Origin: Eledone cirrhosa
Taxonomy: Eukaryota
Assembly: GCA_964016885.1 (NCBI GenBank)
Contig: OZ024744.1
Coordinates: forward strand, 112,654,001 to 112,718,000
Reading direction: 5' to 3'
Length of the DNA: 64,000 bases
Below the pieces are notes generated by a model. It was not told the origin of the DNA. It ran no database searches and saw nothing but the letters and a program-made list of their open reading frames with translations. Position numbers and translations under genes: made by a program. Numbering within the stretch: position 1 is the first letter of the stretch; each line of letters opens with the position of its first letter. Below are positions 37,648-49,900 of the stretch, in pieces.

Positions 37648-38582
37648 TCATTATCTATAAAAGGCAGATTTTTGTGTCTGTATGTATGTTTCAATTTTAT
37701 ACATTTGCACAATTTCAAACCGATTCGACTCAATGTCTGTAAGATTGTTGTAAATGGTCTAACTTAGGTCAACGACTATTTATTTATTTCAAACTCACCC
37801 ACAATTACGGAAATAATCGATAAAACTAAATACATGACGCTTTACCCCTCTAATACAATCTGATAACCTCTCTCTACTCCCCTTAAAATTCGATAAAACT
37901 ACATACATGCTGCAACTTTCTCTTATATACGCTTAAACTTACAAACTTCCTTTAGGAACGCCGAAGAGAGAGAGAGAGAGAGAGCATTTGTTTTTGAGTG
38001 TGGAACGGTCAAACATTTATTTCCTTCAATGACAACAAAGATTATTACATTTCATACGAAACAACAATTATTCAAAAGCAACAGATAAATTTATTCAACA
38101 ACAAAAAAACAGCGATAAATATTTTTTAAAACATCTCTCAACGAACGTGGAAGAAAGAAGTATCAATTTATTAAATCTTTTTTAAAACATCTCTTAACGA
38201 ACGTGGAAGAAAGAAGTATCAAGAAACAGCAGCTAACTCTCCCCCATATCTCACCCCTCCCTACTGTTTTAAATTTAGAAAACACACATTAGACAACCAT
38301 GCAGAACAACTCCATCGCAGCTCTGTTGTTCGGCTGGCATCGTCTACGCGCGTGTTGCGCAAGTACTGTGAAACAATAAATTTCAACACTTCTTTGCACA
38401 GAGATAATATCCATAGGCGAAACTACAATTGTCACTGCTGGCGCAGCTCCTGCTTCGGCAGTCCAGGTCTGCAATTCATTCACCCAGTGCCTGGCAGACA
38501 AAAAAGTGCTGCCATAAAATGGGTGGTGCAACCTAACTTTGGTAACTTACTGACCCCGAGCAACGCCGGGCTTTAATGCTAG
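37648..38582 (+). mobile_element. Probable non-autonomous Helitron
   Basis: 3' hairpin cccgagcaacgccggg 8 nt before CTAG followed by T; 5' a|tc..tataaaaggcag..tgtgtctgtatg (5' end approximate). Confidence 0.6.
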
Positions 38583-38658
38583 TATATATATAAAAAAATC
38601 ATCACTCTACATGGCTGAATACAGTAAATGTAATTTGAGTTTTTCGAATATTAATAAT

Positions 38659-38839
38659 TGTTTCTACTTTTGGCACAAGGCCAGCAAATACTCAGTGCAT
38701 TACTGGTACTTTATTTTATCGACCCCAGAAGGATGAAAGGCAAAGTTAACCTCGGCGGGATTTGAACTCAGATCATAAAGGGAAGTAACTCTATGCTTCA
38801 AAGCGTCCGACCCTCTACCGATACTGCCAATCCACCGCC
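38659..38839 (-). mobile_element. tRNA-derived SINE, full length
   Basis: 16-bp TSD ttcgaatattaataat (38643-38658, 38840-38855). Confidence 0.88.
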
Positions 38840-39154
38840 TTCGAATATTAATAATAATATTCGATTTGTTTGCAATCATGCAAACAGCCTCTTAAGCCAT
38901 GTCAGTAGAATGACCTCGTCATTCTTGCTCTTGTGTTGGTATGTAAACAGAAATGCAGACACTAATGTTTCTGGGTGTCACCCTTCATCAGTACAGCTCA
39001 TTGTTCACCTGCCAACAGTCAGAGCTAGTGAAAATATATGATATTTTCTAAAATATGCAGAGACTGATCGACATGATTTGCATATTAGCAGATTGGCTGA
39101 TCAGTCAGATCTGCATATTAGCAGATCCACTGATCAGCCAGATTTGCATATCAA

Positions 39155-39590
39155 CAGCAGGAAGACCCAGAAAGATCTGGGATGAGGTGATAAAAGCTGA
39201 CCTTGCACAATTGAATCTCTCAAAGACAATGACACAAGATCGAGATCTTTGGCGCTCTGCAGTAATACAGAAGACTCGCCTTCCCTTGTGCACGGACTTA
39301 AACATATACTCAGTAGACCACCTTTTAATCCAATACACACTCCCACGAACATCACTACACCACGCTCCCACTTCTGCCCACACCACCCTTACTATGTAAA
39401 GTTATGTTGGTATCACAAAAAACATCCAGCCCACCCTGTGAAGTGGCTGACATTAGGAAGGCCACCCAGCCGTAGAAATCTAGCCAGAAACAGTCCTATA
39501 TGAGCAGGACAGGGTCACCTGACCCAACTTGCTTCCGATCGGACAACCCACATGTCTAATCCATGCTAGCCTGGAAAATAGATGTTAAAC
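39155..39590 (+). mobile_element. RTE 3' end and 3' UTR
   Basis: GRPRKIWDEVIKADL..DRDLWR..KTRL, then ttaggaaggccacccagccgtagaaa and a (GAT)n tail. Confidence 0.8.
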
Positions 39591-40780
39591 GATGATGGTG
39601 ATGGTGATGGTGATGGTGATGGTGATGGTGATGGTTATAGTGATGATGATGGTGATGGTGATGGTGATGGTGATGGTGATGATGATGGTGGTGATGATGG
39701 TGATGGTGATGGTGATGATGATGATGATGGTGATGATGGTGATGGTGGTGATGGTGATGGTGATGATGATGATGATGGTGGTGGTGATGGTGATGATGAT
39801 GATGATGGTGATGGTGATGATGATGGTGATGATGATGATGATGATGATGATGGTGATGATGGTGGTGATGATGATGGTGATGGTGATGATGATGATGATG
39901 ATGGTGATGGTGATGATGGTGATGGTGATGGTGATGGTGATGATGATGATGATGGTGATGGTGATGGTATATGATGATGATGGTGATGGTAGTGATGATG
40001 GTGATGATGGTGATGGTGATGGTGATGATGGTGATGGTGATGGTGGTGGTGGTGATAGTGGTGGTGATGGTGATGGTGGTGATGGTGATGATGGTGATGG
40101 TGATGGTGATGGTGATGGTGGTGATGGTAGTGATGGTGATGGTGATGGTGGTGATGGTGATGATGATGATGGTGATGGTAGTGATGATGGTGATGATGGT
40201 GATGGTGATGGTGATGATGGTGATGGTGATGGTGATGGTGATGATGATGTTGATGGTGATGGTGGTGGTGGTGGTGATGATGATGATGGTGATGGTGATG
40301 GTGGTGATGGTGATGATGATGATGGTGATGGTGATGGTGGTGATGGTGATGATGATGATGGTGATGGTGATGATGATGATGATGATGGTGGTGGTGATAG
40401 TGGTGGTGATGGTGATGATGATGGTATATGATGATGATGGTGATGGTAGTGATGATGGTGATGGTGGTGATGGTGATGGTGATGGTGATGCTGATGGTGA
40501 TGGTGGTGATGATGATGGTGATGGTGGTGATGATGGTGGTGATGATGGTGATGGTGATGATGATGGTGATGATGGTGGTGAAGGTGATGGTTATAGTGAT
40601 GATGATGATGATGTTGATGGTGATGGTGATGGTGGTGATGGTGATGGTGATGATGGTGATGGTGATGGTGATGGTGATGATGGTGATGGTGGTGATGATG
40701 GTGAAGGTGATGGTTATAGTGATGATGATGATGATGTTGATGGTGATGGTGATGATGGTGATAATGATGATGATGATGAC
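39591..40780. repeat. 1.2-kb compound (GAT/GGT)n microsatellite
   Basis: Direct reading; contiguous with the RTE tail. Confidence 0.97.
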
Positions 40781-40801
40781 GTGTAGACAAATGTATATAT
40801 A

Positions 40802-42094
40802 CAGGGTGCGGACGATAGTTGTTTTAGGAAAAAATAAGACAGTAGTTTTATTTTTTAAGATATATTTATCAAACTTGGGTCAGTTTGTCTTCATGACTTG
40901 TTCTTTCGACCTCACTCGATAAACCCGCCATTAGCTTTGATGACGGCCTCAAGGTGGCCTCGGAACTGGCTACAGGCCTTCGTCACTGTCCCCCGACTTA
41001 GGCTCCTAAAGGCACTTGTGATCCTGGCCTTCAGATCGTCTTTCGTATTGCAGCTAGATCTGTTGGTGTCTCGTTCCACTGTGCCCCACACAAAGAAGTC
41101 GAGGGGGTTGCAGTCAGGCGAGCTAGGAGGCCAGATGTCAGGTGAAGTGTGGTCGACGAAGTTCTCTGATAGCCAGGCTTGGGTCTTTCGGCTGGTATGG
41201 CAGGGCGCTGAGTCTTGCTGCCACACGTACGGCCTACCTGCAGCTACCTGGTCGATGCAGGGCTTTACTACCTTGCTCAGAACGCGGATGTAGCTATTGG
41301 TGTTCAGTTTGAGGCCCTCAGGGAAGAAGTGAGGTGGCATGACGTCACCTTGACTGCTGACGACACCTAAGACCAATGTTGTCGCTGGAAACTTTGTCTG
41401 CATGACTCTGGGCACGTCTTTGGATGAGACAGCGAGCCATCTGTTGTTCTGGGAATTGATCTTCTGGTCTTGGCAGAAGTTTTTCTCGTCGGAGAAAAAC
41501 CACAGCATGTCTGGCTCCAGTGGGTGTTTCAACTTGTTGATCAGCTTGTTTGTGTGCTTCAGTCGCTTTTCTTGCATCGCCTTTGACAGAAATTGTCCTT
41601 TCCTCATCGTGTATGAAACGTAGCGAATGTCTTCATGTACCACCAACCTAATGAGCTTTTCATCCACGCCTTTCTCCCTTGCAATGGCACGCATCGACTT
41701 GCTAGGTTCATTGTTGATGATATCCTGAACTTCAGCGACGAACTCGGGCGTTCTGAAGGCGTCAGATCATCGATCATGTGTTTTCCTCTCTGATATTGCT
41801 TCGTAGTCGAATCCTGAATCTTCCAATTCCTTTCTGACCTTTTCCACCATTCTCCTGTTGACGCTGAGAAAGTCTGAAATTTCCTTATTTGTCCTCCCGG
41901 CACAGATTCCAAGAAGAACTCCGTGTCTCTTCCACAAATTTGGAGGTTCAAAATTATTCATAATCAATTATTCTGAAAATAAATAATGGAAATATAGTCA
42001 CTGTTTTTATGAAGACAAGAGTGACAACGGAAGAAAAAAAACATTTGCATAAAATTAGCAGTTGAAAATTGCGACAAATATCGTCCACACCCTT
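40802..42094 (-). mobile_element. Tc1/mariner superfamily transposon, DD37D (maT) type
   Basis: TIRs cagggtgcggacgatagttgt / acaaatatcgtccacaccctt, TA on both sides. Confidence 0.92.
40912..41961 (-). pseudogene. DD37D transposase with one premature stop
   Basis: FSDEK, QQDSAPCH, SPDCNPLD with 37 residues between the last two Asp; in-frame TGA at 41767-41769 (likely CGA>TGA). Confidence 0.9.
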
Positions 42095-42281
42095 TATACA
42101 CACACACACACACACACACACATATGTGATGTGTATGTGTGTGGGATTTTACCCTATATTGATAATATATTAATGAAGTGATATTGTATTAACATATCTA
42201 GAATTTTTTATGTGTAAAATTTTAGTAGCTTAGCGAACCAGTTGTTGTCCTGATCATCACCATCATCATCATCATTGTAAA

Positions 42282-42298
42282 ATGGTGATGGTGATGAC

Positions 42299-42375
<77 letters not shown>

Positions 42376-42457
42376 CGATGACGATGATGGTGATGATGAT
42401 GGTGATGGTGATGATGATGATGATGATGGTGGTGGTGATGGTGGTGATGATGATGAC

Positions 42458-42518
<61 letters not shown>

Positions 42519-42530
42519 CCGATGATGATA
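42282..42530. repeat. (GAT)n microsatellite
   Basis: Direct reading. Confidence 0.95.
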
Positions 42531-43129
42531 TATAGTAGTGAGCAGCCAATAATTTTGAAATAAAAAAAAAAAAACATTTGCTCAGCTGCCAAAATTTTAA
42601 CAGCCAATTTATTAAGCTGCTACAATTTTAATCACAGTCTGGGTAGAACAAAAAATTAATTAATATATTACATTATTGATATATTTCTTTTTTGCTTATT
42701 TGTTTATAGGGTCAAACCTGGAATCGAAAGACACTGGTGATGCTCTGTGTTGGGTATAAACTTTATCATCATCATCATCATCTTTATCATCATCATCGTC
42801 TTAGTCAGAGAACAAAGTCTTTCATTTATGTTTCATTTTGTAGTATGGTTTTTACATTGGTTGCTCTACCTAACAAAAATCACTTTAGAATGTGTAGTGG
42901 GGCCATAGTTTCTATGACTTGAGGCCTTTCCTATCACCAACTCTTTTACAGTATGTAGTACTGTCAATATAAAGTTCTGAAAATAGGTAAATGTTATTGT
43001 CTGTTACAGAGGATTAAAATGTAGTTGGAAGATTGGTCTGGTGTGGAAAAAAATCACCAACAAAGATTGGTGGTGTGAAAATATGTGAAGCTAAGGAAGC
43101 AAGGTAACTAAAACAAAAGAAAGGTTAAA

Positions 43130-43375
43130 GTCTGTTCTCTGCCCAGAGGCTCATCAGACCAAAGATTATCCTGGTTTCATTGGTATTAAGTGACTGAGAG
43201 TACAAGACTCATGCCTGGACAAAACACCAGTTCATATTGGTGGTCATTTTCAGCTATGTAGTCTGGAGAAACATGAAATATCTTTGCTAAAGGACACATT
43301 TTTCTACCAAATCAAATAATCAAACACATGACGTTGCGATTGTGAAGCAAACACCCTAACCACTAGACTGCATAA
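43130..43375 (-). mobile_element. Old tRNA-derived SINE
   Basis: Reverse strand agtctagtggttagggtg..tgtgtcctttagcaaag head similar to 49041. Confidence 0.5.
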
Positions 43376-43544
43376 TTTCACAAAGTGACAAAGGAGAAGG
43401 GTAAAAAGGTTAAACAGAAAAGTAGATGGATACATCTCTTAAATAACCAAGAAATCAGATAGTCTAGATCTTCTCACCTGAAAAGCAAGATAGCATGAAA
43501 GTTGAGTTGCAAGAAACGAATTCAGTTGAAACCAACCATATGAT

Positions 43545-43613
<69 letters not shown>

Positions 43614-43738
43614 ATATATATCATCATTATCATCATCTAACACCACACTGTCCTTGCTAGCAAGTCAGTACTGAATTGGGGTCATTGACAGGCTGAGTAT
43701 GTCTTTATCTTACATACAGTCATTATTGAATACAAAGG

Positions 43739-43918
43739 TAGATTTGGCAGTATTGGTAGAGGGTCGGACGCCATGCTTTCCAGCATAGTTATGTCCCTTT
43801 ACAATCTGAGTTCAAATCCCGCCGAGGTTGACTTTACCTTTCATCCTTACGGGGTCAATAAAATAAAGTACCAGTAATACACTGGGTAATTGCTGGCCTT
43901 GTGCCTAAAGTAGAAACA
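43739..43918 (+). mobile_element. tRNA-derived SINE; core resembles the MetaSINE-type conserved domain
   Basis: A-box tggcagtattgg, B-box gagttcaaatc, core cctttcatccttacggggtc; 17-bp TSD attattgaatacaaagg. Confidence 0.88.
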
Positions 43919-44099
43919 ATTATTGAATACAAAGGAGAACTTGTCAAGTCTTTTGACACAAACTGAAGGGTCCTCCCAACCCCTTGTTTGGCAAGCTTTC
44001 TATGGCTGGATGCCAAATTACAGTGAGTACTAGGTGTGTTTATTGTGTAGATCAGCAACAATAGGGAGGTTGTTGTGTGTTTGAAACAGCTGGAGGGTC

Positions 44100-44790
44100 C
44101 TATCAATCCTTTTAGGCATGGTTTCTACAGCAAGGTGCCCATCCTGTCACCAACCATCCTACAGAGTGTATGGGGGTGCATTCTTGTGGCACCCTCACTA
44201 GAGAGGTTGTTGGTCATAGACCCAACTGTAAAGCCTTCTCAGCTCTGGGGAGGGGGACAATAGGTGATAAGTTACAGGTGTTTGTGAGAATGGTTAGGGG
44301 GCAGGATGGAGAGATAAGTAGGGAGAGATAAGATAGGTGTAAATGGGATGTAGTCGTGTGTGTGGGGGGATGGGATGTAGTGGTATGGGGGATGTGCTAC
44401 ATAGAGAGGAGTGTGGTCATGGTGGAAATATAGGAAAGGGGGTAGTGAGGGGGGTATTGGAGGTGAACAAGGGAGCAACTAGGGTGCAATGGTGAGCATA
44501 TCTAAGGTCCTTAGAGGGGTGTAGTAGTTAAGGAGTAGTTCTGGAGGGAACATAGGTGGTGGGTGCAGTAGTGGGAGTGAGAGGGAGTGGCTTATATTAT
44601 ATACTTCTGGCCGGGTCTTCATCATCACAACATAGTGCCAGCCATCTCAATCCTTTGTCATCTCAGTTGTGAGGCTTAGTTTCTTAAACTCTTCCTAACC
44701 TCATCCCATGTCTTCCTGGGTCTACCTCTCACATGAGTCACAGCTACTGGGATTGCTCTGCATTTCTTTATACAGCTGCTATCTTCCATA
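44100..44790 (-). mobile_element. Degenerate RTE 3' end
   Basis: MEDSSCIKKCRAI..RGRPRKTWDEV on minus strand, followed by RTE-type UTR. Confidence 0.7.
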
Positions 44791-44795
44791 CACAT

Positions 44796-44830
<35 letters not shown>

Positions 44831-44997
44831 GGACATACAGAATTAAAGACTCCAAAAATCCATGCTTCAATGTATACCAACTACCGTCACACAACTGACC
44901 AATAGGATGAAAGATAAAAGATAAATAAAAAATAAAATAATCTCCATATTTTATTTTTTATTTTTTATTTTTTATTTTTTATTTTTTATTTATTTAG

Positions 44998-47900
44998 TAT
45001 CATCATCATCATCATCATCATCATCGTTTAACGTCCGTGTTCCACGCTTGCATGGGTTTAGACGGAGGGTTTTCCCACTTGAGGCAAGAGTGGTTGTCTT
45101 GCTCGCATAGGACTGTCTGGCGGGTTTTCTACAGTTGGATGCCCTTCCTAACACCAACCACGTTTACAGTGTGGACTGGGAGGTTTTTACCGTGTTGCCT
45201 ACACGGCCACATTACAGCGTGGACTGTGTGTTTTTTTGTCGTGACACCTACACGATCTCATTTGTTTCGGCCTGGATGGTGTGGCACCAACATAACTTTA
45301 CATAGAAAGGGGGCGGTGTGGATGGGGTGGGGGTGGTGGGACGGGGGTGTATTTTGTTAGAGATGCCTACTGACTGTAGTAGGTTTTACTTTGTATTTAG
45401 GTAAGGCGGGTCTTCTCTATTACTGAGTACTGCCAAAGGTCTCGGTCCAGTGACATTGTCTTGGTGAGGTGTAAGTGTGTGAGGTCGGAATTTATCAGCT
45501 CGTCCCAGGTTTTTCTGGGTCTGCCTATTCCGTGGCTACCGTCTATCTTTATTGCCCTGCACTTTGTTATACAGCTATCGTCCTTCATGCGCATCACGTG
45601 ACAATACCAACGTAGCCTTCTCTCGAGTAAACAACATCTAATCCCTCTTATTTCTAATTTTTTCCTTAGTTCGTTTATGCTTTGCCGTTCACGTATATTA
45701 CTATTACACATCCAGTGGAGCATGCAAGCTTCGTTTCTCTCTAGTCTGCGTATATCCTCTGCACACAATGCCCAGGTCTCACTGCCATGCAACATTGCTG
45801 TTCGTATGCAGGCATCGTACAACCTGCCTTTCATTTTTAGGGAGAACCCTTTAGCGGCTAATAGTGGTATAAGCTCTCTGAACTTTTTCCACCCAGTTCT
45901 GACTCTAGCTACTGTACTTTCAGAGCACCCTCCCCCACTGCTGATTTTGTCACCCAGGTAACGGAAGCTGTCCACTATTTCTATAGAACCCTCTACGCAG
46001 TTGAAAGAGCTAGTATTTTGTGGGCACTTGCTGCTACTTATTGCACCAGAACACCGGCCACATGTAAAATCTATGTTCTTAGTTAGCTTACCTGTGATCC
46101 CACTACATCTTTTATGCACCCAAACTTTGCATTTGGGACACAAAATGGAGTTTCTACCTACGCCTTTCCTACACTCTGAGCATGGCCACTTCCCGGAGAG
46201 GACCGCCGCCTTATTTTCTTTCTTACAAACTAGAACTTTAGTCTTAGCTAGGTTAATTTTAAGGCCTTTTGATTCTAGGCCGTGCTTCCATGTTTGGAAT
46301 TTCTTCTCTAGCTCGGCCATTGATTCAGCAATGAGCGTTAGATCATCTGCGTATAGGAGTTCCCATGGGCAGCCGGTCTTGAACTCCACTGTTATAGCCT
46401 GGAGGGCAATAATAAATAGTAGGGGGCTGAGAACAGAGCCCTGATGAACACCAACTTTTACACTAAACTCTTCACTATATTCGTTGTTAATTCTAACCTT
46501 GCTGACTGTTTCTTTATACATGGCTTGTATAGCTCTCACAAGCCATTCATCAACACCTAGTTTTCTAAGAGCCCACCAGATAATGGAACGGGGGACTCTG
46601 TCGAAGGCTTTCTCCAAGTCGACGAAAGCTAAGTATAGGGGTTTACTTTTAGCCAGGTACTTCTCCTGTAGTTGTCGTACAATGAAAAGAGCGTCTGTGG
46701 TACTTTTTCCTGACACAAACCCGAACTGCATTTCATCTAGATCAATTCGCTCTCTGATTAGTTGCGCTATTACTTTTTCCGTGACCTTCATGACCTGGTC
46801 GATTAATTTAATGCCTCTATAGTTACTCCTATCTAGGGCGTCTCCTTTACCCTTATAACAGTTAACGATGATGCTGCTAAGCCAGTCCTTCGGAACAGCC
46901 CCATTCTGTATGACTTGGTTAACTATCCAGGTGACCATGGTGTGTCCCACCGTACCAGATGCCTTCAGCATCTCGGCAACTATTTCCGAAGGCCCAGCCG
47001 CCTTACCCGTCTTCATATCTTTGATTGCCTTACTTATTATACTACCATCGACTAACACTGCTGGTCCCTCTATTGGGTCGATGTGGGGGAGACTGTCTTT
47101 CTCCCATTTATTCTCCTCATTTAGTAGCCTTTCATAGTGACACTTCCAAGCTACCTTCTTATCAGCGTCGGTGATGGCAAGTACGCCGTCATCATTAAGT
47201 ACACACTTCTCCCCGACGATATCACTGTTTTCCTTGACACATTGCCTAGCAATCCTGAACACCTCACGTTTTTGGTCCTCGCGTTGTAGAACATGCTTGA
47301 ACTTTCTTTCCTCTGCTTCCCTTCTTGCGAAGTTCACTTGTCTCCTAGCTTCCCTCCTGGCCACTTGATAGTCTTCTCTACTTCCCCCATCCCGCCATAC
47401 TTTCCAAGCCTGCTTTTTGGCCTTAACTGACCCCTCCACCTTACTGTTCCACCACCATGTTACTCTCCTCCTGCCAACAGGCCTGCTCCAGCCACAGACT
47501 TCGTCTGTCGCCATCAGCAGGTTTGCTTTCAGAAATTCCCACTGTCCCTCTATATTGTCCGACTCTAAATGCTCTTCCTTACTGTCGAAAGCATCAAGTA
47601 ATATGCTTTGAAATTTATTTTTGGCTGTGGGGTCCTTTAGCTTCCATATTTTTCTCCTGGGGACAGTCCTCTTCTGTTGTCTAGTACGTCTCGTCCTGAC
47701 TATTAGGTCGCTAATTATCAGTCTATGTTGGGAGGTGCATTCTTCATGGGGGAGGGATTTAGTGTTTACAACAGTCACTCTGTCACGTCTTCTGGTAAGG
47801 ATATAATCTACCTGGCTGGTATGTTCCCCTGATCTGTAGGTGATCAAGTAATTGTCTCGTTTTTTGAAGTTAGTGTTGCAGATAGTTAGGTTATTTGCGT

Positions 47901-48100
47901 CACAGAATTCCAGGATTCTGGAGCCTTCCTCATTTCTAGTACCAAACCCATAGCCTCCATGGATTTCATCGTAGCCATCACAATGTTGTCCAACGTGACC
48001 GTTTAGGTCGCCTGCAATAATTATATAGTCACTGTCGGTTATTTGGGAGGTAGTGAGCATCAGTGTCTCATAGAATCTGTCTTTTATAGTGCTGGGCAGT
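44998..48100 (-). mobile_element. RTE LINE, 5'-truncated within the endonuclease, (GAT)n tail
   Basis: Uninterrupted ORF plus 3' UTR ending ggacgttaaacgatgatgat. Confidence 0.92.
45397..48060 (-). CDS. RTE polyprotein (partial APE, RT, PHD-like Cys finger), 887 aa open
   Basis: GDLNGH, DYIL, SQH; QGSVLSP, YADD; CSEC..CPKC..HKRC..CGRC insert. Confidence 0.92.
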   Translation of the reverse strand: MLTTSQITDSDYIIIAGDLNGHVGQHCDGYDEIHGGYGFGTRNEEGSRILEFCDANNLTICNTNFKKRDNYLITYRSGEHTSQVDYILTRRRDRVTVVNTKSLPHEECTSQHRLIISDLIVRTRRTRQQKRTVPRRKIWKLKDPTAKNKFQSILLDAFDSKEEHLESDNIEGQWEFLKANLLMATDEVCGWSRPVGRRRVTWWWNSKVEGSVKAKKQAWKVWRDGGSREDYQVARREARRQVNFARREAEERKFKHVLQREDQKREVFRIARQCVKENSDIVGEKCVLNDDGVLAITDADKKVAWKCHYERLLNEENKWEKDSLPHIDPIEGPAVLVDGSIISKAIKDMKTGKAAGPSEIVAEMLKASGTVGHTMVTWIVNQVIQNGAVPKDWLSSIIVNCYKGKGDALDRSNYRGIKLIDQVMKVTEKVIAQLIRERIDLDEMQFGFVSGKSTTDALFIVRQLQEKYLAKSKPLYLAFVDLEKAFDRVPRSIIWWALRKLGVDEWLVRAIQAMYKETVSKVRINNEYSEEFSVKVGVHQGSVLSPLLFIIALQAITVEFKTGCPWELLYADDLTLIAESMAELEKKFQTWKHGLESKGLKINLAKTKVLVCKKENKAAVLSGKWPCSECRKGVGRNSILCPKCKVWVHKRCSGITGKLTKNIDFTCGRCSGAISSSKCPQNTSSFNCVEGSIEIVDSFRYLGDKISSGGGCSESTVARVRTGWKKFRELIPLLAAKGFSLKMKGRLYDACIRTAMLHGSETWALCAEDIRRLERNEACMLHWMCNSNIRERQSINELRKKLEIRGIRCCLLERRLRWYCHVMRMKDDSCITKCRAIKIDGSHGIGRPRKTWDELINSDLTHLHLTKTMSLDRDLWQYSVIEKTRLT

Positions 48101-48318
48101 GTGTATATAAAAGGACCCTGGGACCTCTGTCAACAGTTTGGATGTGTCTTTGCTTATATAAACTCACATATCTAAGTTAGACATGCCCTGGGCCAATACT
48201 CGCCGAAACCTATCAAAGGTATCAACGTTTAAAGTTAAGATGTTGAAGAAGAGTCAGGTCCCGTCATTATGATTGTACCCTGAGTTGAAACTATTGTAAT
48301 ATGTCAATAAAGTTTCTA

Positions 48319-48481
48319 CATATGCTGCAACACTGACTTTGATTCTACTTACTATATTTACACTCTGTTGCCTTAACTCTGGAATACAACCCAATTTGAG
48401 GAGACGGATCTCGTAATGGCATTGAGTGCTTCGTATGGTGCACCACCTGTAACTGTAGTTACACATCTCACTAATACACAC

Positions 48482-48518
<37 letters not shown>

Positions 48519-48670
48519 CATATGCTGCAACACTGACTTTGATGCTACTTACTATATTTACACTCTGTTGCCTTAACTCTGGAATACAACCCAATTTGAG
48601 GAGACGGACCTCGTAATGGCATTGAGTGTTTTGAACTGCCGGTAACTGTAGTTACAAACCTAACTAACAT
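48319..48670. repeat. ~150-bp direct repeat with 200-bp spacing
   Basis: tatgctgcaacactgacttt..ggcattgagtg at 48321 and 48521, each followed by a microsatellite. Confidence 0.8.
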
Positions 48671-48775
48671 ATATATATACATATATATGTAAAAGGTAAA
48701 CAGAAATAACAACACAATCGGTACAGTATATGGAAGGAATATATTAGGTTAATGCTTGAAATGGCAGGAAGAGGG

Positions 48776-48799
48776 TCTTAACGTTTCTTCATCAGAAGA
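48776..48799 (-). other. Family E hammerhead with stem II deleted
   Basis: Same flanks as 37259-37390 but reads CTGATGA-a-GAAAcgtt. Confidence 0.7.
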
Positions 48800-49040
48800 A
48801 TACAATAGATTGAAGGGACGGGAGGGGTGGAATTTACACATATATATATACATGCCTGTGAGTGGAATCATATATATATACATGCATGTGTGTTTATGTC
48901 CCATACCTTAGCAGTTCAATGAAAGAGATCAATAAAAATAATTTCAAGACTTGAAAAGAAATAAGTATGATTGACTAAATTCCTTTGAGGCAGTGGCCTA
49001 ACAATGGTAATGATTGAAACAAGTAAAAATATATATATAT

Positions 49041-49390
49041 GGAGGCACATGGCTTAGTGGTTAGAGCATTGGCCTTGCAATCGAAAGGTTGTGAGTTCAA
49101 TTCTCAGACCGGGTGATGTGTTGTTTCCTTGAGCAAGACACTTTATTTCACATTGCTCCAGTTTACTCAGCTGTAGAAATGAGATGATAGGGACTGGGGT
49201 CCCTATCATTCCACTGCAAAGTGGTCGTGGAGGTGCCACGGCAAAAAAGCACCCAGCACTCATTGTAAATGAGGTTGGTGTGAGGAAGGGCATCCAGCTG
49301 TAGAAATCAAGCCAGAATCAGTTCCGGTCCCACCCTTGCAAGCAGGGAAAAAGCAGACGTAAAATGAACTGATGATGATGATGATGATAT
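49041..49390 (+). mobile_element. tRNA-derived SINE with V-SINE-like core and RTE-derived tail
   Basis: A-box tggcttagtgg, B-box gagttcaattc, ccttgagcaagacact core, tail cccacccttgcaagcagggaaaa shared with the RTE end near 59833. Confidence 0.85.
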
Positions 49391-49564
49391 ATGTGTGTTT
49401 TTATGTGCATATGTGTGTGTGTGTGCGATTTAATGTTTTTGTTAAATATTTCTAATAAAAAGTCACTGCTATGATTCAGTAATATACACTAACTTTCTCA
49501 TTAGTGAAACTTTTACATAGAGGAAATTACTCTTCAAGCCAATCAACCTCTCCATTACAAATCA

Positions 49565-49900
49565 CAAAGGTTGTTTGGAACATAACTAAACAAAAGTTCT
49601 TACATAAAAATTATGATGGAAGGTTTTTAAATAAATATAAACACTTGAAAATAAACAATTTTGTATTATAGAACCAGGGGTGTTTGGGACATAACTTAAC
49701 AAAGGTTCTTACATAAAAATTATGATGGAAGGTTTTTAAATAAATAAAAACACTTGAAAATAAACAATTTTGTATTATAGAACAAGGGGTGTTTGGAACA
49801 TAACTTAACAAAGGTTCTTACATAAAAATTATGATGGAAGGTTTTTAAATAAATATAAACACTTGAAAATAAACAGTTTTGCATTATAGAACTAAGGGTG
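49565..49900. repeat. 109-bp tandem repeat, ~3 copies
   Basis: cataact at 49581, 49690 and 49799. Confidence 0.9.

Noticed and set aside
39582-40922. Poly-Asp/Gly, Met/Val and His ORFs
   Set aside because: Trinucleotide microsatellite artefacts.
48182-48225. Possible hammerhead (ctg-ggc..gcc-gaaa)
   Set aside because: The CTGANGA box is incomplete and stems I and III cannot be assigned consistently.
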